64,000 bases of DNA, taken from the human T2T-CHM13v2.0 reference genome, Homo sapiens. Below are positions 23,901-38,366 of this stretch, piece by piece. A model generated the notes under the pieces. It made no database searches. It saw only the letters and a list, made by a program, of their open reading frames with translations, and had not been told where the DNA came from. Both the position numbers and the translations under genes were made by a program. Location of the stretch: the NCBI RefSeq assembly GCF_009914755.1, contig NC_060932.1. One strand, 5' to 3'. Within the stretch, counting starts at the first letter, position 1; every line of letters starts with the position of its first letter.

Positions 23901-24835
23901 AGTATGAACATATCGTCCCTGCCACAATGTCAAATTCCCAAAATTAGATTTTTGGGAACGTTGAATTAACAGATGTGAAAGTGTTTGTTTCCATGTGCAA
24001 CATACGGTCCTTCAAATAACTTTTTTAGTACACACATGAAGAAGTATAATTAGCATGTTAATTTATTGAGTCACTAATCAATTACATCCTAAAGGTCAGA
24101 CCCTAAAGGAAAACACCACACCACCACATTGAAAACATTTTCTAGGGCATTCCTTTATTCAGTCACCAGGAGGTCCTGGTGTTGGGTCTTGTCCTGATAC
24201 AAGTGTGTGCAGGAGTGAGTTGCCATAAGGTATGCGAAATGAGAAGGAGCCACATATCATTTTTCAAATTTGAAATTTTCCTTGTTTTTTTACAGTGTCA
24301 CTCAGCATTTGATTTATTGTTATTTTTGTGGGTTGTGATCCTACAGATTTCTGAGATATATTATATAATCTGAGTATTATATATCCTCAGAAATGCTGAG
24401 ACTCAGTGTTGAGGTTTTTATTGAAGGCATGTTTACTCTAAGCTTGTACCTGTCTCTGGTTTCTCTGCCCCAATTTAAAACATCCTTAACAAGGCTGCCT
24501 CAGTGTTCTTCCAACCCCCAGTCTTAAATCATATCTTTTTCTTTCTCACATAACAATCTTTCAAAGACTTCTCAATTGTACAGACATAATTTACTCAATA
24601 CTTAGTTCCCCAAACTATTGTAAGTACATAGTAAATACCAAACACTAGTTGAGTGTAGTGATTCATCATTAAAGATGGTAGATACTGTCTCCACCATCAT
24701 GGAGATTTTATTCCAGTAGTAAAGATAATATTTAAATAGCAATAATAATGACAATAAGTTAATATTATGTTAAAAGTAATGTTCCACTAAATATTAATAA
24801 TCTAAAGTAAAAGCCTCTAAAACAAACTATAATAT

Positions 24836-25216
24836 TGATATGGTTTGGCTTTGTGTCCCCACCCAAATCTCATCTTGAATTGTAATCCCCATGTGTTGAG
24901 GGCAGGGCTTGGTGGGAGGTGATTGAATCATAGGGGCGGATCTCCCCATGTTTTTCTCTTGTTAGTGAGTTTTCATGACATGTGGTTGCTTAAAAGTATG
25001 TAGCATCACCCACTGCTCTCTCTTCTTCCTTTTCCAGCCATTTAAGACATCTACCTGCTTCTCCTTTGCCTTCCATCATGACTGAAAGTTGTCTGAGGTC
25101 TCCCAGCCACGTGTCCTGTACAGCCTGTGGAACTGTGAGTCAGTTATACTCCTTTTCTTCATAAATTACCTAGTCTCAGGTAGTTCTTTACAACAGTGTG
25201 AAAACAGACTAATACA
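24836..25216 (+). mobile_element. MSTA/THE1D-class MaLR solo LTR
   Basis: tgatatggtttggctttgtgtccccacccaaatctc ... cctgtacagcctgtggaactgtgag ... gactaataca; perfect 5-bp TSD aatat. Confidence 0.92.
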
Positions 25217-26137
25217 AATATCATAGAAAAAAATTCATAGAAGTAGAGTTAATTCAATAAAACCCACCACAGTTACTTTAAAGCACTGTGTGATAGTGTT
25301 TAAGCCACCCAGTTCTTGATATTTTGTCATGGCAGCTCTAAAAGAATAATACGGGAGGTGACATCTATATTAAGTATTGGCAGAATTTAGCTTAGCAGAG
25401 AAAAGAGGGTTTGGGTAAGACTATTTGGGGTAGCAGTATGTGCAAGAGAACAGTAAGGTGAGAGGACTTGGCTGTTTAGTGTAAACCACCAGTCTAGACA
25501 GGGTGTGGCCTAGGACATAGATGAGCTGGAATAGGGGTATCAAGACATGAGATCCAAGTGTGGCTGGGAAAGCATGAACGATGGAACCTCACATGCCTGG
25601 CTAACACATGTTGATTTCATCATAAGTTCCCCTTCGCCCAGTGGAATTCACATTTGTGAAGCCAGGCAAAGATCAACATTTTCCCAAATTCCGATAAAAA
25701 CATGAGAGGTGCCCTAGAAATTCTGGCGGAAGTAAATGTTATATTTGAGACACATATTGTATTTTCCCTTTTTCTCTTGTCTTCCTGTGTTTCAGATGTA
25801 GAAAGGAAAAAGGGAGAGAAATGGAGACATTTATTGAATCCAGGCACCATGCTGTGGATTGCTAAATACAGCTTCGTAATTTGCATCTAGTTATCTGGTC
25901 TTCCAAGCTAGCTTTTTCAAGTATTTTTACCTTTACACATAAAGTTCTATTGGAGATGTACTTCACCCTTTTCTGCACTAAAGAGTGTAATTTTTCAAGA
26001 CTCAGTTCAAACTTCATTTTGTTCTGTGAACATTTCTCTGGTTTTCAGAAAGTTATTCACATGCCACTCTCACTCTGCACCACTACATGAATAATGTATT
26101 TCTATGGTTATATTATCACATTGTATAAAAACCCTTC

Positions 26138-26561
26138 TACAAAGAAGGACAAATGTTGCCTGTTCTCACTCCTATGTGGGAGCTAAAAATTTAAAATATT
26201 AAACTCATGGAGGTAGAGAATAGATTGATGGTTACCAAAGACTGGGAAGGGTAGTGGGAAGACAGAGATAAAGTGAGTATGGTTAATGGGTGCAAAAATC
26301 CAGTTAGATATAATGAATAATATCTAGTATTTGGTAGCACATTAGGCTGGCTATAGTTAACTATCATTTGTTACATAGTTTAAAATAGCTGGAAAAGTAG
26401 AATTGGAATGTACCTAACAAAGAAATGATAAATGCTTAAAGTGACAGATACCCCAATTATCCCCATTTAATCATTGCACATTGAATGCTTGTATCAAAAC
26501 ATCACATATAACTTATAATTATATGTAATCATTATGTATCCATAATGATTTAACAATTAGA

Positions 26562-26562
<1 letters not shown>
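26138..26562 (+). mobile_element. L1MA3-like 3' end
   Basis: tgttctcactcctatgtgggagctaaaa..ggttaatgggtgcaaaaatccagttagata..atctagtatttggtagcac..ataccccaatt. Confidence 0.85.
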
Positions 26563-26597
<35 letters not shown>

Positions 26598-26598
26598 A
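26561..26598 (+). repeat. (CAA)n microsatellite in the L1 tail
   Basis: About 11 CAA units; source of the poly-Cys run in ORF 26519-26842. Confidence 0.95.
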
Positions 26599-27513
26599 GA
26601 CCTGTTCTGGTAAAGGGCCTGGTGCATGTTAGGTGACCCCCGACACACATAACCCAAGTACTCTGACGTGTGTGTCCACACAGCAGCACACAGATGGCAC
26701 TAAGATTGAGATCTTGTGGAGGCACATGTCTTCTCCGAACCTGTTTTCTCATCTCTAAAAGGAGAGAGGTTGAAATTGTCAGACACTCTATTCTTAAAAT
26801 CCAGGATTTGATAAGTGAGACATCATGTGACATGCTCTTCAAGAGATATGCAGGTAGCTCCTAACCACATTTGATATATTCAAAGAGATGAATTTCTCTA
26901 TGCCAGAATGAGAACAGAATAAAATAATTTGAGAAGACCAAAGTATACACCAGATCCAGATCTGCAGAAGGTGACTGCTACAAAGAGAGAGATTGTCAAT
27001 TTGAGGAATCAGTCTCTGAAAATACTTTACATGAAGACTGTAAGACACAATATACTAATTAGAATGCTCTCTTCTTGGGTTATTCTTTTGTGTTCTTTCA
27101 TTTTCCAGTGTAAGAATCTACTTAGGAAAATCTGCTAAGAACTTAGCTATAACTTTGAGTGGTACATAACTTTATTACCTCAAATGGTAGCTAATTAAGA
27201 GATAGAGTGTTTCAGAGAATTCGTGGTAATTACTGCTTCTGTTGCTCATCTCTTTCTGACATCTGATGTTTTATGAAAATCTGAGGGTGTGATAGTATTT
27301 ATTTTGCCAGGTGAGCATTTCAAGTTTAAAGAGACACCTTTAAGTGGGGACACCCCACAGGCACACTGGCCATAGTGATCGTGCTGAAGCCAGTCAGTCT
27401 GCCCTTGTGGCTGCATTGTCATGGGCCTTTCAGAAGAGAAAAAAAAAAACACTTTTGGAGTCACTCTACCATGTTATAAATCTCCTTTTTTCATCCTTTA
27501 CTAATTCTGTTAG

Positions 27514-27834
<321 letters not shown>

Positions 27835-27923
27835 ATACTTCTGGTCTTTACTGTTCATATGTATAAAATGAAGATTCTAATACTCAACAGAGATTTATTG
27901 TAAGAGTGAAATGAAAGGATGAT

Positions 27924-28478
27924 TGTTGGCGGTGGAAGATATTTGAGTTACCCTGTGTCAGGGTAAATCTGTATCAGTCTGCAGCAACTTCAGTTCTTGC
28001 CTTCTCAAAAGAAAGAATTCAACCGAGGGGCAGAAAGCAGGAGAGTTCAAGGCAAGACTCAGAGCAGGAATGTGTTTATTAAAAAGCTTTAGAACAGTAA
28101 GAAAAGGAAAGAAGAAAAAAAGAAGGAAAGTACAACTTGGAAGAGGGCCAAGTGGGAGACTTGAGAAACCAAGTGCCCGGCTTGACCTCTTGGCTTGGGT
28201 TTTATAGGTTGGCATAACTTTCGGGACCTTATTGGGAAGCTGCTGATCAGTTTCAGGTGGTGTTTTCTATCTATTAGGAGACCACCTTTCCCTGACACGG
28301 CTGGGGCCAATTATTACTTTAGAGAAATGGTTAACAATCACCTGACCATCACCTGATGGTTGCCCAACATTCCTGGTGTGTGTGGCGGGGGTTGGGGGGG
28401 TGGTGATGACAGTGGGGGCAGGATGGTGGAGGGGCTCTCTTGTCCTGCTCAATACCTGACTGGCTACCCACTGGAATA
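27924..28478 (-). mobile_element. MER50 (ERV1) LTR, internally deleted
   Basis: tgttggcggtgg..gtctgcagcaacttcagttcttgcc..aaagtacaacttggaagagggccaag..cctgaccatcacctgatggt..acattcctgg. Confidence 0.82.
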
Positions 28479-30039
28479 CTTTTATCAGATCATCTGGCAC
28501 AGCATTGCTGCTCACAGACATCCTTCTGTTAAAAACCAGTGTTCCCCCAGGAACATATGGCTGATTAAATTCCCCAGCAACAAAAACAATATTATCAGTG
28601 AATGCTTTACCTAATAATGTGTATATTAACAGGGACTAGAATAAAAAAAAAGCAGCTGTCTTTTTGTTTGTTTGAATGGAATGTAAAATAAGGTATTTCA
28701 TGAACACCAAATTATTTTTGAAGAATTGAATACGTGAAAACAACAAGAACTCAGGAAGATGGATGACTTACCATTTATGTAAGGTTACATTAAGGACAGA
28801 GACCCAGGAATCCTGACCATTCTTCCAGAACCTTCAGTCTTACTGCCTTGGCACTGTAACCTCAGATTAAGGGGCTAAGATGGGAGAGAAGCGAGATATT
28901 TGGACAGAGGGCACCTTAGCAGGCCTCCAGGAGGAAGAGAAGGAATTGCTACTTCAGTCACTATTTTTGTCTAAACTAACACTCTTACCATTAAGCTTTG
29001 TCATGGTATAGGAGTCCTAATTACTGAAGGTGCTTGAAGTCCTCTGTTTATAGAAGATAAAACTTGTCCTAACTCACCTGCCCCAAACCTAGCAGCTGAC
29101 CTGATAACACAGGGGCTTACTCATTGTTTTATGTGCCATGCCTTGGCATACAAGAATAATATTTGCACTGAATAATATTTATCTCTTTTTGCGATGTCCT
29201 CTATATGAAACCTGTGTTGTATCTTTGGGCACATGCAGTGTCCAACACTTTGAAATCAATTATATTTACCAAATGAACTTATTGGTAAATAATGAATGGA
29301 TGAATGAATACATCAGGAGGATTAAATGTTCTCTAAAAATATTTTAACTCTAATATTTTAATATTCTCTGTTATTTTCTTTGGGTAAAGTAGAATTTTTA
29401 AAATATATTTTATTATGTTTAAGTATATATATTTATACTTAAAAATATTGGGGATCAATATTCTTTGGGAGACATTATACAGAAAAGAATTTGGTTGAAT
29501 TTTCTGCTAATCTGAAAAGTTGAATGTTATTGTCATATTTGCCTATGAGAAAAGGAAAGATAAGAAAAGATAATTCACAAAGGGGCACAGTTTGAGAAGG
29601 ACTAGGTGACTTCAACACTTGAGCTTTTCTTGCTCTTCCATACAGCCAGAGAATAGTAAAATATCCTATATTATTTTGCAGTTTATGAGGCTATTTTGCA
29701 AGGAAATTTCTGATATTCCAATGAACACAGAGTATAAACAGCTCCGTCTTCTGCTTGATGAATTTGCACACATGATCAGTAATTTAGAAATCAGATACAT
29801 CTATTTAATGTTCAATTTAGAAGAAACTTGTTTCTCACATCCTGGCTCTCTTTACATCTTCTGGGAGAATGGTTATCCTTCTTAGCAGCTGATTAACAGC
29901 AATTTGACTCTCAACTGAAGAAGTCCTGAAAAGAAGCTCATGGGCTCTAAGAAGGTTAACAAAATCAGCAAAGGCAAAAAGAATTCATAGGTATACATAA
30001 ATATGAATATTTCAGTTTAGCATTTTCTTCTGTGTTAAT

Positions 30040-31020
30040 TTCCTTTCTGTCTTGCCTCTCACACATTATCAGGCATCCTAGGTGGCTGCAACTGCCCTGT
30101 CCATTTCTTCTCCTCAGAACTCCCACCTTCCTTGGTTGTTTCTTCTTTCTCTGAATGACCCCTAATAACCCATTTAGTCTTAGCTTTGACTTTACGTCTT
30201 CCATGAAGTCTTCTTCTACATGTGTTCTTGAATTTCTCTGTACATCTTTATCTTTACATATGCCACATCTTGTTGCAATTATTGGTGGATCTGTACCCAC
30301 CACTGAATTGATAATTTTTGAGAAACGTGAAGCAATTCTTGCCTTTATTCTCAATCACAATCACAGCTCAGCACATAGTATGCATTACAGAAATGCTTTG
30401 TGGAATAGAGGAAAATAGGAAGGAGAAAAGGAACAAATGGGAAAGTAAATCACATTGTAAGACTCTAAAGCCTGTGATAATAAGGAATGCGTGTCCTAAC
30501 AGTTGGTTTCATTCCCTTGATGCTTAAACAGGAAGCACTTCTTAACTTGAGCCAGGATTCATCTCCATAAAAAGTAGATAGTTTGGTCTTAGTTATATCT
30601 TTTATAGCCATTTAATGTAGATATTTAAAACACAGTGATTGGTGACTTTTGGAATTTTTCCTTCCTGAAGCCAGCTCCTATACCTCCAAATGCTTTGACA
30701 AACTGTCATATGACAAAAGTACACAATCCCTGGATTCTGATTTCTCTGCAACACCCTGACATATAAGGAATTGTAGGAAAGAGAGTCAGTATGAAGCATA
30801 TGCAGTGACAAACTTCATAGTTGGTAACTGTGTCTGTAATTGCCAGTCATGATACTGGAAATATATTTTATCTTATTCAGCCATAAATCAGAAAACTTTA
30901 TTCTCATTCATAAAATCAGAAAAAACACAATGCACTCAACTATTTTGTATACAAATTAAATGAGATAACATTTTATTTACTTTGTGCAGTCCTTGGCACA
31001 AAGGACACTTGCAGATGTCT
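30040..31020 (+). mobile_element. L2 remnant (~30040-30420) and MIR remnant (~30830-31020)
   Basis: cgtcttccatgaagtcttc..cagcacatagtatgcattacagaaatgctttgtggaat; ctcattcataaaat..aattaaatgagataac. Confidence 0.6.
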
Positions 31021-31042
31021 TTTAAAGTAAAAAGTTGTTTAA

Positions 31043-31090
31043 GTGCGTGTGTGTGTTTGTGTGTGTGTGTGTGTGTGTGTATGTTTGTGT
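31043..31090. repeat. (TG)n microsatellite
   Basis: Directly visible. Confidence 0.95.
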
Positions 31091-32299
31091 CCTGCAGGAG
31101 TTGCTTTGTGAATTAATGTGATGAAGAGGTTTGAGATATTTTAATAGTACATGAAAACATGAACATGGCATCCAAAATAAGGTTAGTTGTAGTAAAATGA
31201 ACCCTTAACTGGGAACCAAAAAACAGTAACTTTACGGTTCAGCCCCACTACCATCTAAGTAAAAGATTTGGGGAAAATTATGACTTCATGACAGCCACAT
31301 TTTTTATATTTTTTACATGGAAAGACAAAGTCAAAATATTTTCATTATTTCTCCTGAATTTAAGTATTAATTTATATTTAACAAAGTCAAAAGTTATTCT
31401 GTGACAGAAGCAAACTAGTAAAACTCTAATGAAATCTCAAGAATACTGATAAATCAAGGCTAAGGGAATGAAAAAGATGGAATAAAATCTGTGTGGCTAA
31501 TACCATCAGCGTTTGAAATTTTGCTTTCTCCTCCCTCCAACAACAACTCATGAAAAATGCTGATGTTGACTTCAGAAAAAAGTTCCCAGTGATGGAAAGA
31601 CTTCAAAAATCACCCCAGACAACTGGCCTTTAAATCTCTAATGACTTTTTAAAGTACGGAGTGACATCCTTCATGTTTAATTCAAGTCATATCCAATAGT
31701 TCCATCAGCATGAAGAACATGAGGCATAAACATTGAAATTTAATTTAAACAGTAATTGGACACAAATTTGTTTCTAGAAATTGGAACATAATATTAAAAT
31801 ACATCTCTGGTTTCCTCTCTAGTGATAGTAAAATGCTCTTATGATAAACACATGGAGAAAAACTGTGTGTTTTGGATGAATGTTTATTTCATTCCATTCA
31901 AGAAACACCCACTGAACTTCTACCAAGTGCTCTATACTGTACTCAGCACATAAAGACAATATTCACAAGGAAACAAAGTCTTCCCTTTGGAAGAAAAAGC
32001 ATGTTTAGTCCTCAATGTCTTATCTGAATTTAAATGTTATAGTATAAGTTCCCAATCTGTTAAATAATGATAAGTTGGTCTTAAGAAGTGAACAATCTTA
32101 TGCTTTAGGCTCTCAAAAAATTCATTGAAAGAAAAAGAAGATAAAATATCAAAGTGCTTAATGGATCTTTAACTGATTATATTTGTGTAAAACAATACGT
32201 TCTACACCAAGTTGCATTTTGAGAGGAGTACTTAGTGTCTTGAACAACCATATTGGTACTGATACTGCTAAATTGATATAATAATTTAGCAATATAAAT

Positions 32300-33270
32300 G
32301 ACAGTATAAATGATAAATGATAGCCTTTTTATGTTTATATTTTTATTTAAAGTATTTTTACATATACTTTAAACAATTTTTTATTTGCTCATCTAGACAA
32401 AACTGGGAAGTAGGCAGAGCAAGATCTTTGCTTCTGTAGAAACTGAGCTTCAGCGAGTCAATTGGTGAAGCTCACCAGTTAGTTGCTGAAGATCACCAGT
32501 GCTAGTATGTAGCAATAGCAGGTTTCAACCACAGTGCTTTCCTCTTTGGTCTCCCTGGATGAAGGATTGTTCTGCTTCAGATCTGAGTCACTTTATGGGA
32601 AATATTTAAGATGTGGCAAATCAAACGAGAAAGACACTTAAACAGACTTTCCTATTTCTCCTCACATTATAGTATGACGGAAGCAGTCCCACCACCTATT
32701 AGCTAAAGTTGAAATAGAAGCATCCCAACTAAATGATTAAAAGCGCATCTACTAGATTCAGACTGCCTGGATTCAATGCTAAATCTACCATTCACTAGTT
32801 ATGTGCCCTTAGGTAGATTGCTTAACCATCGCATGCCTCAAATCCCCACCTGTGCAATGCCAGTAGTGATAAGAGTACCTACCTACAGGCTGGTAGCAAA
32901 GACTAAATAATTTCACCCATGCGGAGGACTTAGAGGATTGGCACATAGTGAGTACAACCTTAAGTGTTAAGTAGTGGTACTCAGAAACCCTGTGATGCAA
33001 TACTTTATGATGTCAATGTAAAGGAAACTGAAAAGAGTGTTGAAAGACAATGGTCATGGAACTGAACAGATGAGCCTCTGATTCCTGTTCTGCCACTGAT
33101 AAATCCTATGGTCTTTGTCATTTACTCCCCTTCCTGGGCCTCCCTAGGGAGTAATGAGGCTAGAAGAAATGATACCTGGGAAGGTGAGACAGATAGACTA
33201 AGAGCATGTTCTAGAGTCAGACAGATTCATGTAGACACCACAGCTCAGCAACATATTAACCATTTGATGT
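32300..33270. mobile_element. MIR cluster
   Basis: agaaactgagcttcagcgag (-); tcagactgcctggattcaatgct..cactagttatgtgcccttaggtagattgcttaacc (+); ctagagtcagacaga (+, continues after the MER4 LTR at ~33855-33980). Confidence 0.7.
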
Positions 33271-33277
33271 TGAACGT

Positions 33278-33854
33278 TGTAAACCAAAAAAGTACCTGAG
33301 ACAAGTCTCAATCAATTTAGAAAGTTGATTTTGCCAAGGTTAGGGATGTGCTCACAGCACAGCCTTAGGAGGTCCGGATGACATGTGCCCAGCGTGGTGG
33401 GGGCACAGCTTGCTTTTATACGTTTTAAGGAGACTTAATACATCAATCAATACGTGTAAGATTTACATTGGTTCCATCTGGAAGGGCGGGACAACTTGAA
33501 GGAGAAGAGACTTACAGGTCATAGGTAGATATAAACATGTTCTGACTGGCAGTTGGTTGAAAGAGTTATTATCAGTAAAAATATCAGTTATGGAGACCTA
33601 GGTTTTATCATGCAGATGAAACCTCCAAGCAGCAGGCTTTAGAGAGGTTAGCCCGTAAATGTTTCTTATCAGACTTAAGGTTTGTACTAACGTTAATGGT
33701 GGAGAGGTATAATGAGGCACGTCCAATCCTCATTTCCTGTCATGGCCTGAACCAGTCTTTCAAGTTACATTTTAGAGTGCGTGGCCGAGGAGAAAGTCCA
33801 TTCAGGTGGTTGCAGGAAGGTGAGAGGAGGTTCAAATTTTATTTTTGGTTTACA
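33278..33854 (-). mobile_element. MER4A1/MER4B-class (ERV1) solo LTR inserted in a MIR
   Basis: 13-bp inverted termini tgtaaaccaaaaa ... tttttggtttaca; gtctcaatcaatttagaaagtt, ggttttatcatgcagatgaa. Confidence 0.9.
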
Positions 33855-34561
33855 ATACCTATCTCACAGAATGAAAAGGGAAGTGCCTGCTCATAGTTGG
33901 GTGGTGGTGACTTAAGAGGATCATCCAATTGAAGCAATTAGCACAACTCATCATATTTTTATTTAATAAATGAGTCATTATTATTATTAATATAGACTTA
34001 TGACTCTTTTAATAAAATTATATGATGCCAGGGGCTATAAACCTTCTGTAAAAGGTCAAGTAAACTCAATACTCAAAAGTTGAGAAAAGAAACTAGTAAC
34101 TTGTATAAATGTCCACAATGTGCTACGGCAAAATTTTTATTGATTTGTCTTGCCATTAAGCAGCATTCACTTGAGTCTCCGTGTTGCCCATGGCACTTTC
34201 CTTGGGTAAGTGCCTCCGGGTCAATGCAGTGAGGAAGGTGAAAAGGAATAGATAATAGAAAAAAATATGTAACAAAATCTTCATGGTTTCATTTAGAGAA
34301 TATTAACCAGCTCTTCCCAAGAGCTTATAAGGTACCTTATATGGAAAGTTATGCAAATTATATGTCAGAGTGACAATATATGAGTAATTTCTAGAGGCAT
34401 GGTTGAGTTTCAGGCATGATTCATTCTTCCCAGTACTCACCGTCTAGACTGTAAACATGTGTTAAGGATAAAGCCATTTTAACAAATTTTGGAACTCATT
34501 TTAACAAACAGAATTCAGAGCCTCTTTAAAAGTTACACCTAAAAAATGAGTTTTAATATGA

Positions 34562-35005
<444 letters not shown>

Positions 35006-35639
35006 AGTCTTTCCAATTTTTGATTGTTGGCTGTTCTCTGGGTCTAGAATGTCTTCCACTTATCTGAAAATACCTCTAATTGCCTTTCTCAACATTTTCC
35101 TGCTGTAGGAAAAGATACAAATAAATAGCATCTACTGAACCCAGGTTTCAGTATGTGAAAGACAAGCGTTCTCAATAGACAAATATGCCGTTATACCTAA
35201 TAAATTCCAGAAAGAGAGTCTAATTGTGTTGCTGATATGTTGATTTGCTCTAAAGGCCAACCACTGTCTTCAGCAGACATTCATCCCCATGGGTGAGAGT
35301 AGGAAGCAGGCTTCAACACCTGTTTTTAAATGTTTCCAGGTCAAAATCATCTTGGACAGTGTTTTAGGTTGTAAAATTGTGGAAACTGAAAAGGACATGA
35401 AATCTCTGCTTTAGAGGAAATGCAAAGTTTATTCCTATAGAAATGCACACCTGTGTTCCAACAGTAGTTCTTTCGGATATAAGCGTTGGTGAGGCTGAAT
35501 ATACTAACTTTACTATACTGTTTAGTTTTCAAAGTATTTGTATTATGTATTGCGTATCTACTATGTATCAAACAGTTTTCAAACAGTATTTTAGGTACTG
35601 GAGCAGGTGGGGGAAACTGTAACAGAAATAAAGTAACCA

Positions 35640-35833
35640 CCATGGACTTTATCAAAATTAAAAATATTTTGTGGGGTGGGGGGAGGGGGGAGGGATAGCA
35701 TTAGGAGATATACCTAATGCTAAATGACGAGTTAATGAGTGCAGCACACCAGCATGGCACATGTATACATATGTAACTAACCTGCACATTGTGCACATGT
35801 ACCGTAAAACTTAAAGTATAATAATAATAAAAT

Positions 35834-35868
<35 letters not shown>

Positions 35869-36060
35869 TCTAAAAAATATACTGGGAAGTAAATAAAAGG
35901 ACTAATGGAGAAAACATTTGTAAAACATATTTGATAAAGGACTTGCATCTGAATTTATAATGAATTCTAAATGAGCTTATTTAACTCAATAATAATAAGA
36001 CAAAAAAATCCAGTTTTAAAATGAACAAAATATATGAATAGAGATTTCACTGAAGGGATT
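35640..36060 (+). mobile_element. Old L1M ORF2 3' fragment split by a young L1PA insertion
   Basis: ggactttatcaaaattaaaaa | ggagaaaacatttgtaaaacatatttgataaaggacttgcatct..aactcaataataataagac. Confidence 0.65.
35669..35864 (+). mobile_element. L1PA3-type 3' terminal fragment (~170 bp) with (TA)n tail
   Basis: gggatagcattaggagatatacctaatgctaaatgacgagttaat..caccagcatggcacatgtatacatatgtaactaacctgcac; very little divergence, implying a hominoid genome. Confidence 0.92.
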
Positions 36061-38067
36061 TTATGAGTAGAATTAAGCCTTGTAAAGACGAAAACTAAGA
36101 CATTTCCAGGAGACAATACAGTCTATGCAAATACTGGGAATCACTAGAAGAGAATGCGATTTTTTGAAAATTAAAATAGCAAGTAGTTAAATCTTGTCAA
36201 AGCATACAACTCCACTGGCAAGATTTAAGACAATTGAAGCAGGAAGGAGCCAGCTTTAGGAATGTCTGTGTTAGCGGACATATGGAGAATGTGTCTCGTG
36301 AGGGATTTACACTTTATACTGAACACAAGAGGGAGATATTGAAATATATTTTAGCAGGGGCACTATTTAAACAAATATCCTACAATTACAGTTGATTTCC
36401 ATTCTGTCCAGTATGTGTTTTTGGTACATTATGCTTGACACTAACACCATCACTGATTCTCTCTTCAGTGCGTTTGTGTGTGGATATTTGTGTGTCTAGC
36501 ATTGTCTTAGTTCCTGAAAGCACAAAAATAATGAGATGTTGTCTTCATCTGCTAAGAATGCACAGTCCACTGGGTGAGGGCCATAGGAAAATACCAATAT
36601 TGCAAAAGCGAGTTCCATTCTGCTGTGGAATCCAGTTTAGATTCGAAGATCACTGAGTATGGAGAAAGCATGAAAGGGAAACATTGGTGTAGAATCTCAC
36701 CTTAATAAGTAGGAGTTTCCTGTGAAATGGAAAAGGGATGGGGAGAATCCCCGACAAAAGCAAAAAAGTGAAAGATGGGGAAACATAAATGCAGGAAACT
36801 CTGAGAACAGTTCTGGAGACTCATGTATAAGTCTGTAATGTGGTAGGTCTGAAAATAAAAATAAAAAATCTATGTAGGCAAAAATGCGGCTCAAATATTC
36901 AAGATGCCAAGTTTTTGGAAGTGAAGTTTTCACTATGGAATTGAAGATTCACAGCTTTCTGAAGACAGAATAAAACATCCAGGGACAAGCAGGAAATACC
37001 TAGAGGCGTGGCCATGAAAACACACATGCGCGTGCAGCTGGCTTGTTGGTAAGGATGAGCCTGCCGGTATTTGGTACATAAGGGCTTAATGTAAGTTCCA
37101 GAGACCAAGCACACATAATATGTGAAGAGCTGGTGACAAAGTTGAAACTGGGAAGTAGCCAGAGGCCATACCTTGAAAACTGTGGTATCCTTTGATGAGA
37201 AGTTGAAATATTCTGCAATAGGTCTGCATACTCAATATTTTCCACTGAATTGCTTCTAATGACAGAGGAAAGATAACTTTAGGTAGTCTGGTAACTCAGC
37301 ACCAAACAACCTGACAAATGTTGCCAATTTCTTTGAAGTCTGATGTTTCTTCTTTAAAATGTAAATTAAATGTGAGGCCAATTATGTTGATTAATATGTA
37401 TTTTAATATAATCTGCTTTCAGCAAATGTTTAGATAGAATTGTTACCCCAGGCATTTGGCCCATGTTTAATGGCTGACTTAGTAATCTAAACACCTCCAT
37501 CTCTGCAGGGAGTATACAGCCATATGAGAATCACTGTTATAGGTGATGAGGCTCCATGAGAGGGCATTAACTTCTAAAAGCATGAGAAAGCATCATCTTC
37601 TTCTGCAATGAGAGAATCAATGTGCCTCATGAAGTTACATACCATGATGAAATAAACCATAATCCATCCAAAGTTTACCAGCCTCTTATCCCTGCAGCGC
37701 CACATTTAACTTGACTCTGAAGTTACAGTTAAATTAAAAGGGTTTGCATATTTTATTCTCTCTAGTGATTTTATTGCTCACTAGAGATTTGCTGTATTAA
37801 AAAGCACCAAAATTACTTCTATCAATTAACAATATTATACTTAACGTCTAGATAAATTATTGAGTGGTGTTTGAAGTTACTGTGAGAAAACTTTGCATTG
37901 AATAAGGAAATGTGTTGATGTCCGTGTTTTGAGTAGGAAAGTTACTGTTTTTTTTGTAATAAATCCTAGTGATGAAAATGTTAGTAATGATGGTGAATAT
38001 GAGGATATTTCAGGTACACTGCAAGAAACTAAGGATACAAAATTGGCCTCAAGGAGCTCACATTCAT

Positions 38068-38366
38068 TGCCTGGCGCGGTGGCTCACACCTGTAATCCAG
38101 CACTTTGGGAGGCTGAGGCGGGTGGATCACCTGAGGTTGGGAGATTGAGACCACCCTGACCAACATGGAGAAACCCTGTCTCTACTAAACTACAAAATTA
38201 GCCGGGCATGGTGACACATGTCTGTACTCCCAGCTAATCAGGAGGCTGGGGCAGGAGAATGGCTTGAACCCAGGAGCGGAGGTTGCTGTGAGCTGGAGAT
38301 CGCGCCATTGCACTCCAGCCTAGGCGACAAGAGTGAAACTCCATCTCAGAAAAAAAAAAAAAAAAA
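38068..38366 (+). mobile_element. AluSp-like, inserted in an L2 remnant
   Basis: ctgaccaacatggagaaaccc and gacaagagtgaaactcc diagnostics; 13-bp TSD gagctcacattca (38054-38066, 38367-38379). Confidence 0.94.

Noticed and set aside
28383-28435. G-rich tract with G-quadruplex potential
   Set aside because: Expansion of the G/C run normally present in the MER50 LTR; the similar tract at 35671-35695 is the standard L1 3'UTR G-run.
33278-33854. 13-bp terminal inverted repeats suggesting a DNA transposon
   Set aside because: These are the normal termini of MER4-class LTRs.
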